Part shown: positions 12,753 through 25,641 of the stretch, piece after piece
How the letters are laid out: every line of letters starts with the position of its first letter
How positions within the stretch are numbered: the stretch's first letter is position 1
Source: Paraglomus brasilianum
Taxonomy: Eukaryota
Length of the DNA: 46,418 bases
Direction: 5' to 3'
Assembly (NCBI GenBank): GCA_910592345.1
Contig: CAJVPI010000171.1
Coordinates: 1 to 46,418, forward strand
Position numbers and translations under genes: made by a program
The notes under the pieces: generated by a model
The model's input: the letters and a program-made list of their open reading frames with translations, nothing else
Database searches by the model: none
What the model was told of the DNA's origin: nothing

Positions 12753-14155
12753 GGTAGGAAATATAATTTATACGGTAAGATTTGCCTTTAAAGATGATAT
12801 ATACACAAATGAAGGCAAGCTACTATAGTCTGAGTCATTAATACAATGAACGTTGAATTAGTTAATGTCTATTGGATACGTACAAACCCCAACAATGAAA
12901 TTGGGTAATGAACCTTTAATAGTTTTTTTTTTTTTACGGGTTCCCATCCAGTCTCTCTTATGCTTGCCTCATGATTGTTTCATTTCACTTAATCCACACG
13001 TTTTGTGACATGATGTTTAAACCTATCAAATAGCGAAAAGTACCATGGAGTTTGGATTCCGAGTTGTGGAACAGTCCATGGTTGCTGCGTCATGTTCGAA
13101 TGATACTATTTGTGTGTCTTCTATTAAGTATGTGATAATCAGTTGGTGCATGGCTGAATTCTGAAACAGCAATGTCGATTAGTGTATTTTGTTTCCCTGG
13201 TAAGCACATATACACAACAGTGTCAGAATTTTACTGTAAACAAAATAAATAAAACGCAAATTTATTTGCTTGTCTTGTTTACTTACACCAACATAAATAT
13301 TAAGGGAAATCGACGTAGTATATGCATATATATTTATCATTAATAGCATATGCCTTGCTTCTTTGCTTTATGATTTTGCCCCATGCTGCGTCTGACCTGT
13401 TTGTGCCCTGCTTCGCTGGATGATTCGATTGGGTAAGCCGTGAGTAGATTCTAAAAATAAAACGAGATGAGATTACCAGGAATTCCCCCAAGAATTGTGG
13501 TACAGAATTTGCCGAGAGATATGGACACATATGGTTAGCTAACCTTGAAAACGGGTTTTGTTTATCAGTTAAGAGGGTTAGGGTCAGGAAAATTAAGGTA
13601 AAGGCCAGTCAGTCTAGACAGAACTTGCGCTTTTTCCCAGAGCTTGCGAGCAGTTCTAACTAGAGTGGGGCATCACAGGGCCAATGTGACAAGGTAAACA
13701 TGAGACTAATATTAGACAACACCCGGTATAGAATACATGTTGGATGATAGCACTGTGCAGTTTGTTGATATCATGATGCTGTCATACTGAATGTGTAATT
13801 CTTTGTGTATATCTTTCTTTTTTGCTCCGGACAGTAAAGTAAAAATATTCATCTGACAGTTGAACAGCAATATGTTTCGGGACTCCGATTATTGCTTTAT
13901 CAGTAACTATGGTAAAACGCATGAATGGTCATCAACGGCCCCCCCCCCCCCCTTCGCCCCTTGACCCCTCCCGACTATATCTGCTTTATTTAAACCATCC
14001 GCTGTAAATCTTAGTCATTCGGATTACCCATTCATACTAAATAGATGATGTATAAAACTGCCATTGTTTCTTACAATAAATGCTAGCGTAAGCGTATATA
14101 CCAATGGAAGGAAAGAAGGAGAGAGGGGGGGGGTTGGGGTTGGTTGATTGGTGGA

Positions 14156-14223
14156 TTGGTGCGTTGATGCGTTGGTGCGTTTTGGTGCGTTTTGGTGCGT
14201 TTTGGTGCGTCGGTGCGTTGGTG
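14156..14223. repeat. Tandem 8-10-mer repeat (TTTGGTGCGT)n
   Basis: Three exact TTTGGTGCGT copies at 14181-14210, flanked by degenerate copies. Confidence 0.85.
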
Positions 14224-14270
14224 GTTAGTAAAAAAGTGATTGAGAATACTTGGCAAAGTATAGTGCATTC

Positions 14271-14330
14271 ATCCAAGTTTAGTTGCATCCATACAAGTTT
14301 AGTTGCATTTATACAAGTTTAGTTGCATTC
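14271..14330. repeat. 3 x 20-bp tandem repeat ATACAAGTTTAGTTGCAT(TT/CC/TC)
   Basis: Three consecutive units share the invariant core CAAGTTTAGTTGCAT. Confidence 0.9.
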
Positions 14331-15197
14331 ACATTCATACAACTTTTTCCTTATTTTTGTTCTACGGATAGTCTATTCGTTCCCGAGTTATTGTGGAATT
14401 TCTATCGAGCATTTCAGTTCACACTACCGCAGCAAGCTAAACCTTGTGTTTGTGCACATCGGCTACACAATAATTGCTACCGGGAAAACTACAATACTAA
14501 ATCGATTACATCCCTTCATTCGTGCTAACCTCTTTATTGTCACCTAGTACTATTTATTTATATTGTTTAGATTATATGCAATATATGTATGTATTATACT
14601 TATTACGCAAATATATTCATTGCTCGAATGAACCTGTGGAACACAGTACTTACAATTTATTTAATACATGATGAGGATGGTTTGGTGCGACCCCTCATCG
14701 AATATAAATACTCAGGTACCTGTGGACGAAAATATCCAAGGTTAAGCTTCATTAATCTGCTCTACCGGTTTATCAAGCCTACGTTCAAATATAACAACTT
14801 TTTATTTCAATCTTGTGCGTTTTATATATCCGACCGGTGATTTACAAAAAATTCTTAGCCTTTTGTTTATTAGAGGTATAATACATATATACTCTAAACT
14901 GCGCCATTTCAAAAAATACATTTTTGGGTAAACCTCATTTCGGTAGATACGCTTAGCGATCTCTATATACTGCACACCTTTTATACTCGCAATTATCGAC
15001 CATTCGATTAAAACACTTGATATATTACATACACCTACTTTCGAACATCTATCGTCAACTGCGAAAAAACAAAACAAAACTATTATAGATACAACAGTAT
15101 CCCCGCACCACGTCTTAGATTAAAAAACTCGAAACAAAAACTACGGTAAAAACTACGGCAACGACTATTACTACGATAACAAAAACAAAACAACAAA

Positions 15198-16166
15198 ATG
15201 TACCCTCCAATCAAACAAGCTTCCAACTCACGCCAAAACCCAGCACTTCAACGCAACCCTCTTAACAAAGTCGCATCGACTAGCATACCAACCTCTCGTT
15301 CTCGTTCCTCTCGCTCGGCATCCAACAACCGTCGAACTTCGCATAAAATTCCCGACGACCTGGATAAAAATGCCGTCTTTTTCCCCAAATATAAAATCGA
15401 ATTGCTAATCAACACAAAGAACGCCGAACGGAGAACGTCTGACCGTCCACCCAGACCTCCCAATTCCTTTTTCCTCATGAAAAATGCCTTACTTTTGATA
15501 TTGCGGGAAATGAATCTCAAAGTCAAGATGCCCGAGCTGTGTCGTAAAGCACGCGATTTGTGGGAGGAGGCTCCAAAAGAGTCTAAACAATTGTATGATG
15601 ACCTATCTTCTAAAGCCGAACGGCTTCACCATATAAGATATCCGGGTTATACTTATCGACCGGTAAGAAGACAAATATTCCAACAATACTCGCCGATTAT
15701 GAGCTCGGGAGCCATGGTGTCGAGCTTTCCGGTGGAGGATCCTACAGAAACTGTAGTAGTGCGAACGGAAGAACCCACTTACATTACCATTACTACACCA
15801 ACGGACTCGCCTACAACTCCTTCGCTGGCCTCATCTCCAGACACTCAGATATCTCCTCTGTCTTCACCAGAAAATTATCTCATGGTCATGCCTACGCCTG
15901 AAGCCAGCACTACTCCTTTATACTCACCAATCTCAACCTATCTACCCGTATCGCCAATAACAATTTCTGAATTGGAAAACACTTGCCCATGGGACGTAGA
16001 AGGAGGATACAAGGATTTTCCTCTAAACATCCCATCTGGAAACCCAGACTTGATTTTACTGGATCCTCAGAACGGCGAATTCGAACTGAACAGTAGCAAC
16101 ATCGAGGAAATGCTTACGCAAATGGAAATGTATAGGTCATGGGACCAAAAGAACGAACACATATGA
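15198..16166 (+). CDS. HMG-box transcription factor 1 (MATA_HMG/SOX-TCF type), 322 aa
   Basis: RPPRPPNSFFLMK...ARDLWEEAPKESKQLYDDLSSKAERLHHIRYPGYTYRP is a canonical sequence-specific HMG box (~15444-15662). Basic N-terminus, Ser/Thr/Pro-rich then acidic C-terminus, A-rich ATG context. Confidence 0.93.
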   Translation: MYPPIKQASNSRQNPALQRNPLNKVASTSIPTSRSRSSRSASNNRRTSHKIPDDLDKNAVFFPKYKIELLINTKNAERRTSDRPPRPPNSFFLMKNALLLILREMNLKVKMPELCRKARDLWEEAPKESKQLYDDLSSKAERLHHIRYPGYTYRPVRRQIFQQYSPIMSSGAMVSSFPVEDPTETVVVRTEEPTYITITTPTDSPTTPSLASSPDTQISPLSSPENYLMVMPTPEASTTPLYSPISTYLPVSPITISELENTCPWDVEGGYKDFPLNIPSGNPDLILLDPQNGEFELNSSNIEEMLTQMEMYRSWDQKNEHI

Positions 16167-19100
16167 TGGATTTTTTATTTTCAGGTTTTGTCGAGCATAT
16201 ATAAACATTTATAGATAGACAAGAGAGACTGTTTTTATAAATATTACTGCCAACCAACCATTACCACAACTCTCAACCTCAAAACCTCAACCTCAACCAC
16301 CGTTACTATTATCGTTATAACTAATATATATTAGTGGATAGGTTGTATTTGCAAGTTGTTATCCCCTTCACTGTTTATTATTTTTTTTATATATACATAT
16401 GTATACTGTTCGTTATCTGTCTATTACGCTCTGCTAAAGAAAATAGACCCCATCATTTCTTATACATGTATTTACTCCCCATTTCCCTTCGTATACATAG
16501 TTTTTCCCTTTTCTGTCTATTGTTATATTGTTATTTTTTTACCACGCTGTATTATACCCCCAAACTAAATGAAAATTTTTTAACGTTGATCGGAGATCCA
16601 ATTGTCGGAATGTAGTAATTATGTGTGTGTCATGTTATCGTCGAATGAAAAAATGCTGATGTACTGTTTGTAGACCGTCCATCAATCGGCTTGCTTCACA
16701 CAGACAGACGTAGACACACACGCCCACAACACAACGCACACACAGCAACACACATTTACAACCCCAATAGAATAGACGTAATTAATTGTTTAAGGATATC
16801 GTGTTTTCTGTGTTTGGTTTTATTTTAGGCATAAACTTTATTATGTGTATGAAATCTTTTTGTTCCTTGTTGTAGGCAGCAAGTTAGATTCATCCCCTTT
16901 TCCCCATTCGTTATTTTCCTTGTCTTTCTTGTATACGGTGTTTCATTATTTAAAATAAACATAAGCGATAAGAATATGGAAATGAGATTCTCGGGAGGTT
17001 TGTGATGGTACAATTATTTTACACTAGTCTGTAAAAAAAAAAGGGTGCGGTTAAGGCAGTCTGAGTAACTTGAGTAACTTGAGTAACCTTTGCGCAAACG
17101 TGGCGTAACGTTTCGCTAGTTTCCTTTTTTCTTTCTTACAAAGTGTTGTCAAGGAACTTGGACATGCAATAACATAGCTCTAGTGATATTTGTACCCATT
17201 GTGTGTATTTTACCATCGAACGGATGCATATCTAATCCGGAGATGCAACTCCATGTGTGCAAGATACGCAGAAGAGTTATATTTAGATCAAACAAAGGTG
17301 AGACGGCGGGCAGAAATCACTATCGTGTGGTAGTTTATGCTTATATTGTGACACCATAATCTATAAGGAAATGTCTATTGCAAAATTAGCCGTGTACGTA
17401 CATCAATCAATTGGTCTTAATGGCGAAACGATAAACTATAACGGCCCGATAATGGTTCATTATACTTGTTGGGGCAAATTCAGAAATGGACAATTTCGCA
17501 AGTCCGATGCAGATGCCATCACAGAAGGGGGAGGCGTAATCGTACTCCGATTCCACACATTGTCATTCAACACCACTCCCAACTCGCCTAGTTTTTGTTT
17601 GTTTATGTTGTATGCATCAGTTTAAAATACTTATATTAATTCTTGTCCGGTAACTAAGAAAATTCCAAGCTATATTATAGGTTTAAATTAAAGTTTCCCG
17701 TTGGGATTAGGTAAACATAAAACCTAATGTTGGCTCTTGCGTTTGTAATTCCCGAAAAGTAATTCAAGAACCACTGCAGCTGGCCTCTCCTCCCCAACTG
17801 TAATTGTATAACATGGTCAAAAAAGGGGGAGAGTAGACAATTAATAATCTGCGCATATTAACCCATCAATTAAAAAGAGAAAGCCTTGGTATTGAATTAA
17901 TACCAATAAAAAGACTCGGCAACTGTCACACAAGCATCTCTTAACCAGCATCGTATAGTCACACCGACGAGAGCAATCGAAAGAATCTGCCAAGGAATTC
18001 TTGATCTAACAAGGTTTTCTAACACTTTTACATTGTTAGCAGTGGGCTGTTATTTGTGTGTGTCAATGCATAATATGATGTGATGATGAGGCGTATGGAA
18101 AAGAAACAAAAGAATGTTTGCCGTTCTCATCTGATGCCAATCATCTTTATGGAAATATAAACATTCACATTGGGAAACATACATATTTATTGGTCATTTG
18201 CTTATCGATAAACGAATATTTTCCTGTCTGTGTTGATAGCGAGCGAAAAACCCCAGGTTTGGGATTTGGATTATCAGCTGTGTATCACTGTCACTCGGTC
18301 GGGGAACTTTGACCGGGACTATAAACAAAAAGTAATTGTAATCTAAAATAAGACTAATTAAACTAGATAAGATTATTTCTGAATATCAATAAATTAGGGT
18401 TTACATTATTGTTATTATCAAAGTTTAGAGATACCTTTGTTTCAGCAAGACCGATTGCGTCTTCTCCGATATAACAGCCCGTATGGAATCAGGATTCATG
18501 TTACGCAAGTGAGTAATCGTTTAAGAGTGCTGAAATAGGAAATCTAGATAACAATCCATGGTAAAGATGTTGACTACCCATGCTTTGTATCATCTATTGG
18601 CTTACACATAGTTTACTAATAATAGCAAACAATATTTTCCAGGGATGAAAAAAAAAAACCTTCAAAATGGGGAGAAAAAAAAAAAAAAAGACTAATGACG
18701 ACATATTCAAAATACAATAAATATATAATGACAGTGTGGCGTCGATCACTGATGTGCATACATATGCAATGTATTATCAGTGGGCAATCAATCGGTGTAC
18801 ATTGACAAACAGTCGAATTTGTATCTCGTTTTAATCGAATAAGCAGATGCTTTTTCTTTTATTCTCTCCTTCTCCACCCCTCGCCATTCATTTCTTTGCC
18901 ATATTTCGTTCATGGTCTAATAGTCGGTCGGCCATTATGCAAATATTAGAGTCTTCTTGTAATCCATATACCGTTGAAATGGTGGGATTTGCAGAGTGCA
19001 TGGATTTACACACGGCCTATCTAGTCATTGTGTCAGCTTGTCTTTCGGCACTGCACATTCCCGTTCCATACATTGCAACAAGCCATCAGTTATACACACC

Positions 19101-19281
19101 TTTGTGTATGTCACTTTTAAATTCTAGACCGTCAAATATATATGGAAATTTTACCCTTTCAATTCCTCCCCCTTCAAACTCGATTACCATATTTGTGTAT
19201 GCGTGAGTGTGTGCTTGTGTGAGTCTTGAAATTCATTGTCGAGTTTAGCAATCTACAAAATCTCCGATTCCCGAAATATTA

Positions 19282-19330
19282 TGCTTTGCTTTGCTTTGCT
19301 TTGCTTTGCTTTGCTTTGCTTTGCTTTGCT
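19282..19330. repeat. (TGCTT)~10 microsatellite
   Basis: Perfect pentanucleotide run. Confidence 0.95.
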
Positions 19331-19463
19331 GTCCTTACGTCACCTACAATACTTGTTCCGGATGGTTAGGCTCAACACACATTGCAGCAGGTAGTAAATT
19401 TATCAGTCTACAAAGGTATTTCATGATCGTTGTCAACAAGACTGCTGATTATAATAAGAACAA

Positions 19464-19580
19464 TACAGTGAACCCTCTCTAAATGCAAGATTATAAGACA
19501 ATTAAGTATTTTATTCTCTGTAAATGCAACCCTCCGTAAATGCAAGCCATGTCTGATTTGGCCATATGCATTGCATTTAG
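19464..19580 (+). mobile_element. Possible solo end of a Tc1/mariner-pogo-type DNA transposon
   Basis: TA followed by CAGTGAACCCTC, three direct copies of TAAATGCAA and one inverted copy (TTGCATTTA, ~19571). No partner end seen. Confidence 0.4.
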
Positions 19581-22181
19581 CATAGTCGGTCGTTTAATGT
19601 AGACATGTAGAATTTTTATGTCTCTAGTACAGCTACATGATTTATTGATTTCTCTAGCGTTTTCACAACCTCAATTTTTGATAGACATGTATTATAGACA
19701 GAAAATAAGTCTGTAACATGGTAAACATTGATATCAAATAAATTTTGTCGACAGTAATATTACCAGTAGTACCTGCCATTATACAGACCTCTGTACCCAA
19801 GTTGTCCGAGTGCCTGTTATCAATATTACGAGAATGTGAGCACTTGGCTTTTACTATTGCCCACGCTCTGCGGATAGATCTCGTTGGCGATGGATTAGCA
19901 TCATTAAGAAAATTCCCAAATTGGTAAAACTAACCAACCATAAATAGCAAGTGTTTCATCTTATTCCTTTGTGTTACTATTATATGTTCATAAACGCAGT
20001 CATTACTAAATATTAATATCTTAATTTGTTTGTTGGAATTATTTTAGTTTGGCCAAATTCAGAACATCAATAGGGTATTGTTACATACCCAACTTTGGAA
20101 ATTAACCAATGATCTTGGCACCATTCCCCACTTCTCCGCGCGCGTATGAGAACAAATGTGCACTCTCGGTGTTTCGAATATCGGACTTGCTTCTCCGACG
20201 TAATTCTCACACTAAACCAAAATAAAATATCAATATTCGGCGTAATTAATAAGAAATAGATTAAGTTATACTAAATCTCGGCATTGGCAAACTTAATTGT
20301 GTAATTAAATATATTAAACTATAAATTGATATTTATTCACCCGCCTACTTAATTATACTGTACAAACTTAGAATAATCTATTCAACGGTAATAATGCATA
20401 AGAATGCGGCTGGTACGCAGTCAAGTGCCCCGATCTGAAGCTAGTTCCCCTGTCTCACGACGCGATAAATATGTTCGACAAGGCGTAAAATCTCGATTAC
20501 GATAGTCTAAAAGCATTATCTTGTTATTTAATAGGTTCTTCCGTTATCATCAAACCCCACGAATAATCGCAAGTCTGAAACACAAAAAAAGTGTTGCATA
20601 TATGCTAGTGTATGTGTCTAAACATAAAACGTCTCTCTCTCTCTCTCCCTCCCCCCCCCATTGTTCGATTACTGTAATTATGTGATTTATTTTATCAGCT
20701 TGCAAAAAACCAAACATCCGATATCGGAACTGACATAATTGGTATGTGTACAACGAAGAATCAGTCATGACGGAACGGGTATCAGTTAGTTAAAAATAGC
20801 AATAGACGCAAATGTACGCCAGATAATGTTTGAGTGGCGCTTTATTTGTAATAGTGTATTACTATTACACCAACCATCATTGTTGTTAGGCCTTGTAATG
20901 TAAACTATCGCTATATAAACGGTTAATACAATCAGTTATAATATATATAATATATCAAAATAATATAAACAATATATATTAAAATACAAGGTCTTGTAAA
21001 GAATATGACCATATCGTTATCAGTTAATAAAACTGTCACAATATCACATCTGTTACTGTAAGATTGTCATCGCTATGAACCGTAAACAAATGACATGTAT
21101 TTGTAAGCCTCATTAATAGTCAGACTAGGCAAACACAGTTAAGCCAACGAATTTATGTCTGAACGAAGAAAAAAGAAGAGATACAACCGTGCAAATTTGA
21201 AAGATGTTTTCATAATCACGTCGGACAGCACTTTTGTTATTCTACCACAAATCCATGTGTAGGGAATACAACCAACTTTCTGTCAGAATTAAGCAGAGAA
21301 AGAGCGATACAAATCATAGATAAGGAACACTTTTAGAGTCAGAACTTTATGCTGAGAACGAAATCAATTTCATCACACTCAAAATATAGACGATCAAAGA
21401 TACAAATCTGCAAAAAAGACTAATGTTGCACATCCGTCAGGGATTAACACTCACAGTGCCAACATAGAGAGAGAGAGGAGAGGGATGAGCTACAAATGAT
21501 GGACAGTTGCTGTTATGTCTCTAGTGTAATATAAGCGGATCAACCAATCCATCATAGTAAGTCCTAATTTGACAAGCACTTGGTGGAATATCAGGTATAG
21601 ACTGCTCCTCATATCCAGTTACTGATCGAATTTACCCTGTAAAAATATGCCATCAATTAATGACAGGGTGATCAACAGCGCGTCTACGAAAGTATTATGT
21701 GTGTATATACCTCGTGCAGCAAATAGCTCTTAATAATAACTCGCATTATTTGTCTGGTCAAAGGACATGCATCGAAAAACAGTTATTGAATACAAATAAC
21801 CAAATCATCTTCATTCCAATCATGGCCTACATTATCTTGGCTGGTAGCAAACAAAAGTCTCTCGGGGAAAGGGGAATCTTCTACATGCATATTTATTATT
21901 CAACATGAAGATAATATCATACACTACTTACGTTATACGTACTCACATCAACCTATGTTAGATTTACCAGGTAGTATGCATCACCACATCAATTAAGTGA
22001 CGAGAAAACTCTAGTGAGGGATTTTGACGTTCCCTCCACTCCCCTCCACACTCCCCTCCCCACTCCACTTTTAACTTGTTGTTTGACAAACAATTGTTCT
22101 CGGTGACAAGCGAATTAAAAAAAAAAAAAAGATGCCAGTTCTACGTAACACATGTTACTGTTACGAACGAATTAGTAATTT

Positions 22182-24543
22182 TTGCTGGGCTTGTTTATGT
22201 TAAAGGGGGTGGCGATGGCGGCGGTGAGTATCTATTTGTCGTGGCTTTTGCAAATATCATTATTAATTCAGGTTACTGAAAAACAAGAAAGCATCCGATA
22301 TATCACTTTTGAATCGTTGGATACTTGTGACGATCACAGCATAAACTCAAATGTATCAAATGTATTAGTATATTGCAAATGGAACTAGCACACATCACAT
22401 ATCACACGGTCATTGTGTAAACACAAGAGATTATCTCATCCTTTGTATATTCCACAAAGTAACGAACGAACCGAGAGATTATGCAGGGCCGATTAAAAAT
22501 ACAATTGTTTGAAAGGACCGTATATTATCATTTGTATCTTTGCTTAATGTGTACTCGGGTCCGACAGGTTCCGGTACAGTGAGAATACGTACCAGGCGAT
22601 ATTCGACTACAAGCAACCAGGGATCGATGGGAAAAGGATGAATTCTCTGTTAGAAGAGAAAATTTGTAAAATTCTACCACAAAAAGACTTTGTATGCTCT
22701 ATTGCTGATTGACAATCAACCGGGAAAACTTGATGCTTTTACCTGGCCGGCTGACAAAGACGTATCGAAAGCTACAATGCGGTCATTATGGTATGTAAAG
22801 AAACCGTTGCTTCAAGACGTCTTCTTTAGTAGAGAAATGAAACTGAGCGGGATATCTTTTGGTGCAAATACCTTTTTTCGGAATCCTCAATTAGCCATTA
22901 ACTCGGACAACACTCCAATATTACAGACACCAAAGAAAGTAAAAACAGTACATGACTAGTCAATCAGAATCTACATTGTATCGTCGGTCTTTGAGGTTAT
23001 ATGTCTGTTTCTCAAGTCGCCTCCAACACGCAAACGATGTTTTCTGTTTAACAAGTTCGCATACAATAAGGTTAGAGACCGTTCTTAAATCGATTTATAT
23101 ATATGCATTGGGGGGGGGGGTTCAAGTGTTCTTGTCATAACAATTCGTCGTTTATTGAGCATTGTTATTTCTACATTTTCACAGTGATTTTCAACCGGCT
23201 TGGATATACACCATCCTGCTATCCTCTTAACGCCTGTTATAGCACACCACTAAACCGGTACGTCAAGTTGGAGCGATTTGGGTGATGGCAAGAAACTAAC
23301 CGTAGAAGTGCCCGATAATAAAACCAAAGAAGGTGGTATCCTGGATGAAAAACTGTTTCGAATGTTGAGTTTTTTAGCGTGTTTATTTTAACATATCTTT
23401 TACGTTCAGGATTCAACCTCTCAAACAATACCGAGTCTGATTTCATGTCGGAAGACAGACGGAATGCGATAGAATGTAAGAATTACACAATAGGTTATAT
23501 ATGGTTCAAAACTGAAGTTAATCTTTATCGTTCTCTTGCGTAAATTCCCAGAGGCATATGACCACATATTGTTTGTAGATTATACACGAGAATTTTTTCC
23601 CTATATTATATTAATGTGGGCCATTTCTCTGCAACTCACTTTGTAGGTCGTTCGCAGGGCACATCGTCTCCAGTCATGCGGATCTATTTGTCCATTAAAG
23701 CCATTTAATCAATATTCAAAAGTTCTCTTTACTGGGTGGATCTTTCTATTAACGCTTTAATAAACAAAGGATTCGATGGTAGGATCTAATTTATCAGGAT
23801 AATGGAGAATAAGACAACGCCGGTATGATGCCTGTATAGCTGTTAGGGATTAGAAATTCGGTCCATCAACACTATAAAGAAATGTATCGAATATTGGACT
23901 GAAGAGGATAGAAAGGAGGGTTGATGTTCAGCGTTGATGTTCAAACGTTAATGTTCAGCGTTAACCTTGGATCAATAATTTGATATCAGCATCCTACATA
24001 CCGTAAACCTTCATCATATAATGGGAGCTCTTATTCAGGAGATGTTTGGTTGCGCCTTAAAGCAATAAGGAATTGAACGGCCGTTGGAATACAAGGAATA
24101 CAAGGTTATATTTTGGCTGGGTATAGTCTTTAAATCCTTCGAACGAAAGTGAGCGAAGATAGAACATATTGTGCGACGGCCTAATAATCGAGCATTAATA
24201 GCAGACATCACAAATTGACTCCCGCAACCCTATCACAAATATACCATAAATCACACCGAAAAACGAGAATTGGAATTCGTAGTAATTGCATCAACCGAAT
24301 CCTCTTCAGTCTTATTTATATTGGCATCCGGGAAAAGTAGACAAGTCTGAAATCCATTGAGGATCTGCCAAGTTCGATGTTCATACCATCTGTGTCGAGA
24401 TTCTATTGATAATTACGACGGGGAAGCCAAAAAAGCTTTTTTCTTGGAAAATATTCAGTACTCGATTAATGACCCAGGTAAGGTTATGGAAGTGGTGGTG
24501 GGGAGGTAGTTATTTCGTAACGTTACAGGCTCTTATTCATGAG
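22182..24543 (+). pseudogene. Degraded multi-exon coding remnant, product unknown
   Basis: Protein-like segments (VTEKQESIRYITFESLD; YQAIFDYKQPGIDGKRM; ALLLIDNQPGKLDAFTWPADKD; WSDLGDGKKLTVEVPDNKTKEGGILDEKLF; DNYDGEAKKAFFLENIQYSINDPG) with intron-like GTGAGT..TTCAG (~22224-22271) and GTAAGG..TTACAG (~24478-24528), broken by stops and frameshifts. Confidence 0.35.
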
Positions 24544-24819
24544 ACGCCCTCATTCATATTACGGAATACGTTTATATTACTCGCTTCTTAATTATTCCTT
24601 TTCGTAATCATTTTTGGCATGCATTCATCCTCTTTCGAGCCAGCAATTCTCCAGCATTCATTTTTACGATAATGCATCATTAAAGTTCATCCCTTTTTTG
24701 TGTCTAGGGATTTCGGGGATACAGATTTCTCATCCTAGTTATAATGGCAAAGTTAAGCATAAATGAGTTAGTCATCGAACCGATATACAGAATTTAGACG
24801 TTCTCCTCTATACTCTCCG

Positions 24820-25045
24820 CTCTCTCCCCTACATTATCCCCTCTTTTTCTCTCCCCTACATTCTCCTCTGTCTTTCTCCCCTCTCCGCACTCTCCTGCGC
24901 GCTTCCCTACACTCTCTCCTGCGCTCTCCCCTACATTCTCACCTCTTTTTCTCTCCCCTACATTCTCCTCTGTCTTTCTCCCCTCTCCGCACTCCCCTGC
25001 GCGCTTCCCTACATTCTCCCCTGCGCTCCCCTACATTCTCCCCAC
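24820..25045. repeat. Pyrimidine-rich minisatellite, ~2.2 copies of a 102-bp unit built from CTCCCCTACATTCTC subunits
   Basis: The unit at 24841 (CTCTTTTTCTCTCCCCTACATTCTCCTCTG...) recurs at 24943 with few differences. Confidence 0.9.
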
Positions 25046-25296
25046 TTTTTCTCTTCCTAACGAGAAGATTACTCTTTTAATTGATACATACTTGGAGCAA
25101 GCTGCAAACGAATGACTGCACCGCACATGCTATCGCAAACACAGTAAACCGTATCGTTACAGGACTTGTTCGTATGTGCGGAATACGGAGTGGCGACAAA
25201 CGGTTGTTCGTTGTGTATTTGAGTGACGTTGTATTTGCGCTTAGAGAGAAGCTGAGCACTCAAGGACCTCGTTGCACGGCGCGCTCAGTCACACAA

Positions 25297-25641
25297 TCAA
25301 TATTGTATGTATGTTCTCTTCTGGCCCATCCAGATATACAGTACTTCGCAATCGTTGTCCAACATAGGAACCATGTCTCTCGAATAGACAGAACCACCGT
25401 TATAGTCGTCAAGAGGCAATATCAACCACTTCCAACGGGGGAGCGCTTTGGTCTCAATATGTCGTCTGCTCTGTTAAATAATGGCAACGTCCGTAAACTC
25501 CTTTGCGTTTCCGGGACTATGACCATGTGATGGTTTACAATCGTATACGTACGAGTTACTAGCTGATTCAACAACTGGATAAATTGATCGAAGGACCTCA
25601 ACTAGCCAAAATAAACAAGTCAAGAGATAACCAAGCGAGTT
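25297..25641 (-). pseudogene. Interrupted reading frame of unknown family
   Basis: About 115 codons in one frame with a single internal TAA (25474-25476): ...VLRSIYPVVES...KEFTDVAII*QSRRHIETKALPRWKWLILPLDDYNGG...; an intron-like GTTAG..TTTAG lies just upstream. Confidence 0.3.

Noticed and set aside
12631..14322. Short ORFs over the G-rich tract and the TTTGGTGCGT repeats
   Set aside because: Low-complexity translations of simple repeats.
14271..14330. CRISPR-like appearance of short direct repeats (also 31720-31875 and 41721-41833)
   Set aside because: The repeats are contiguous with no unique spacers, there are no cas genes, and the context is eukaryotic.
25081..25530. 149-aa + strand ORF
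   Set aside because: No motif and non-ATG start; more likely the antisense shadow of the interrupted minus-strand frame.
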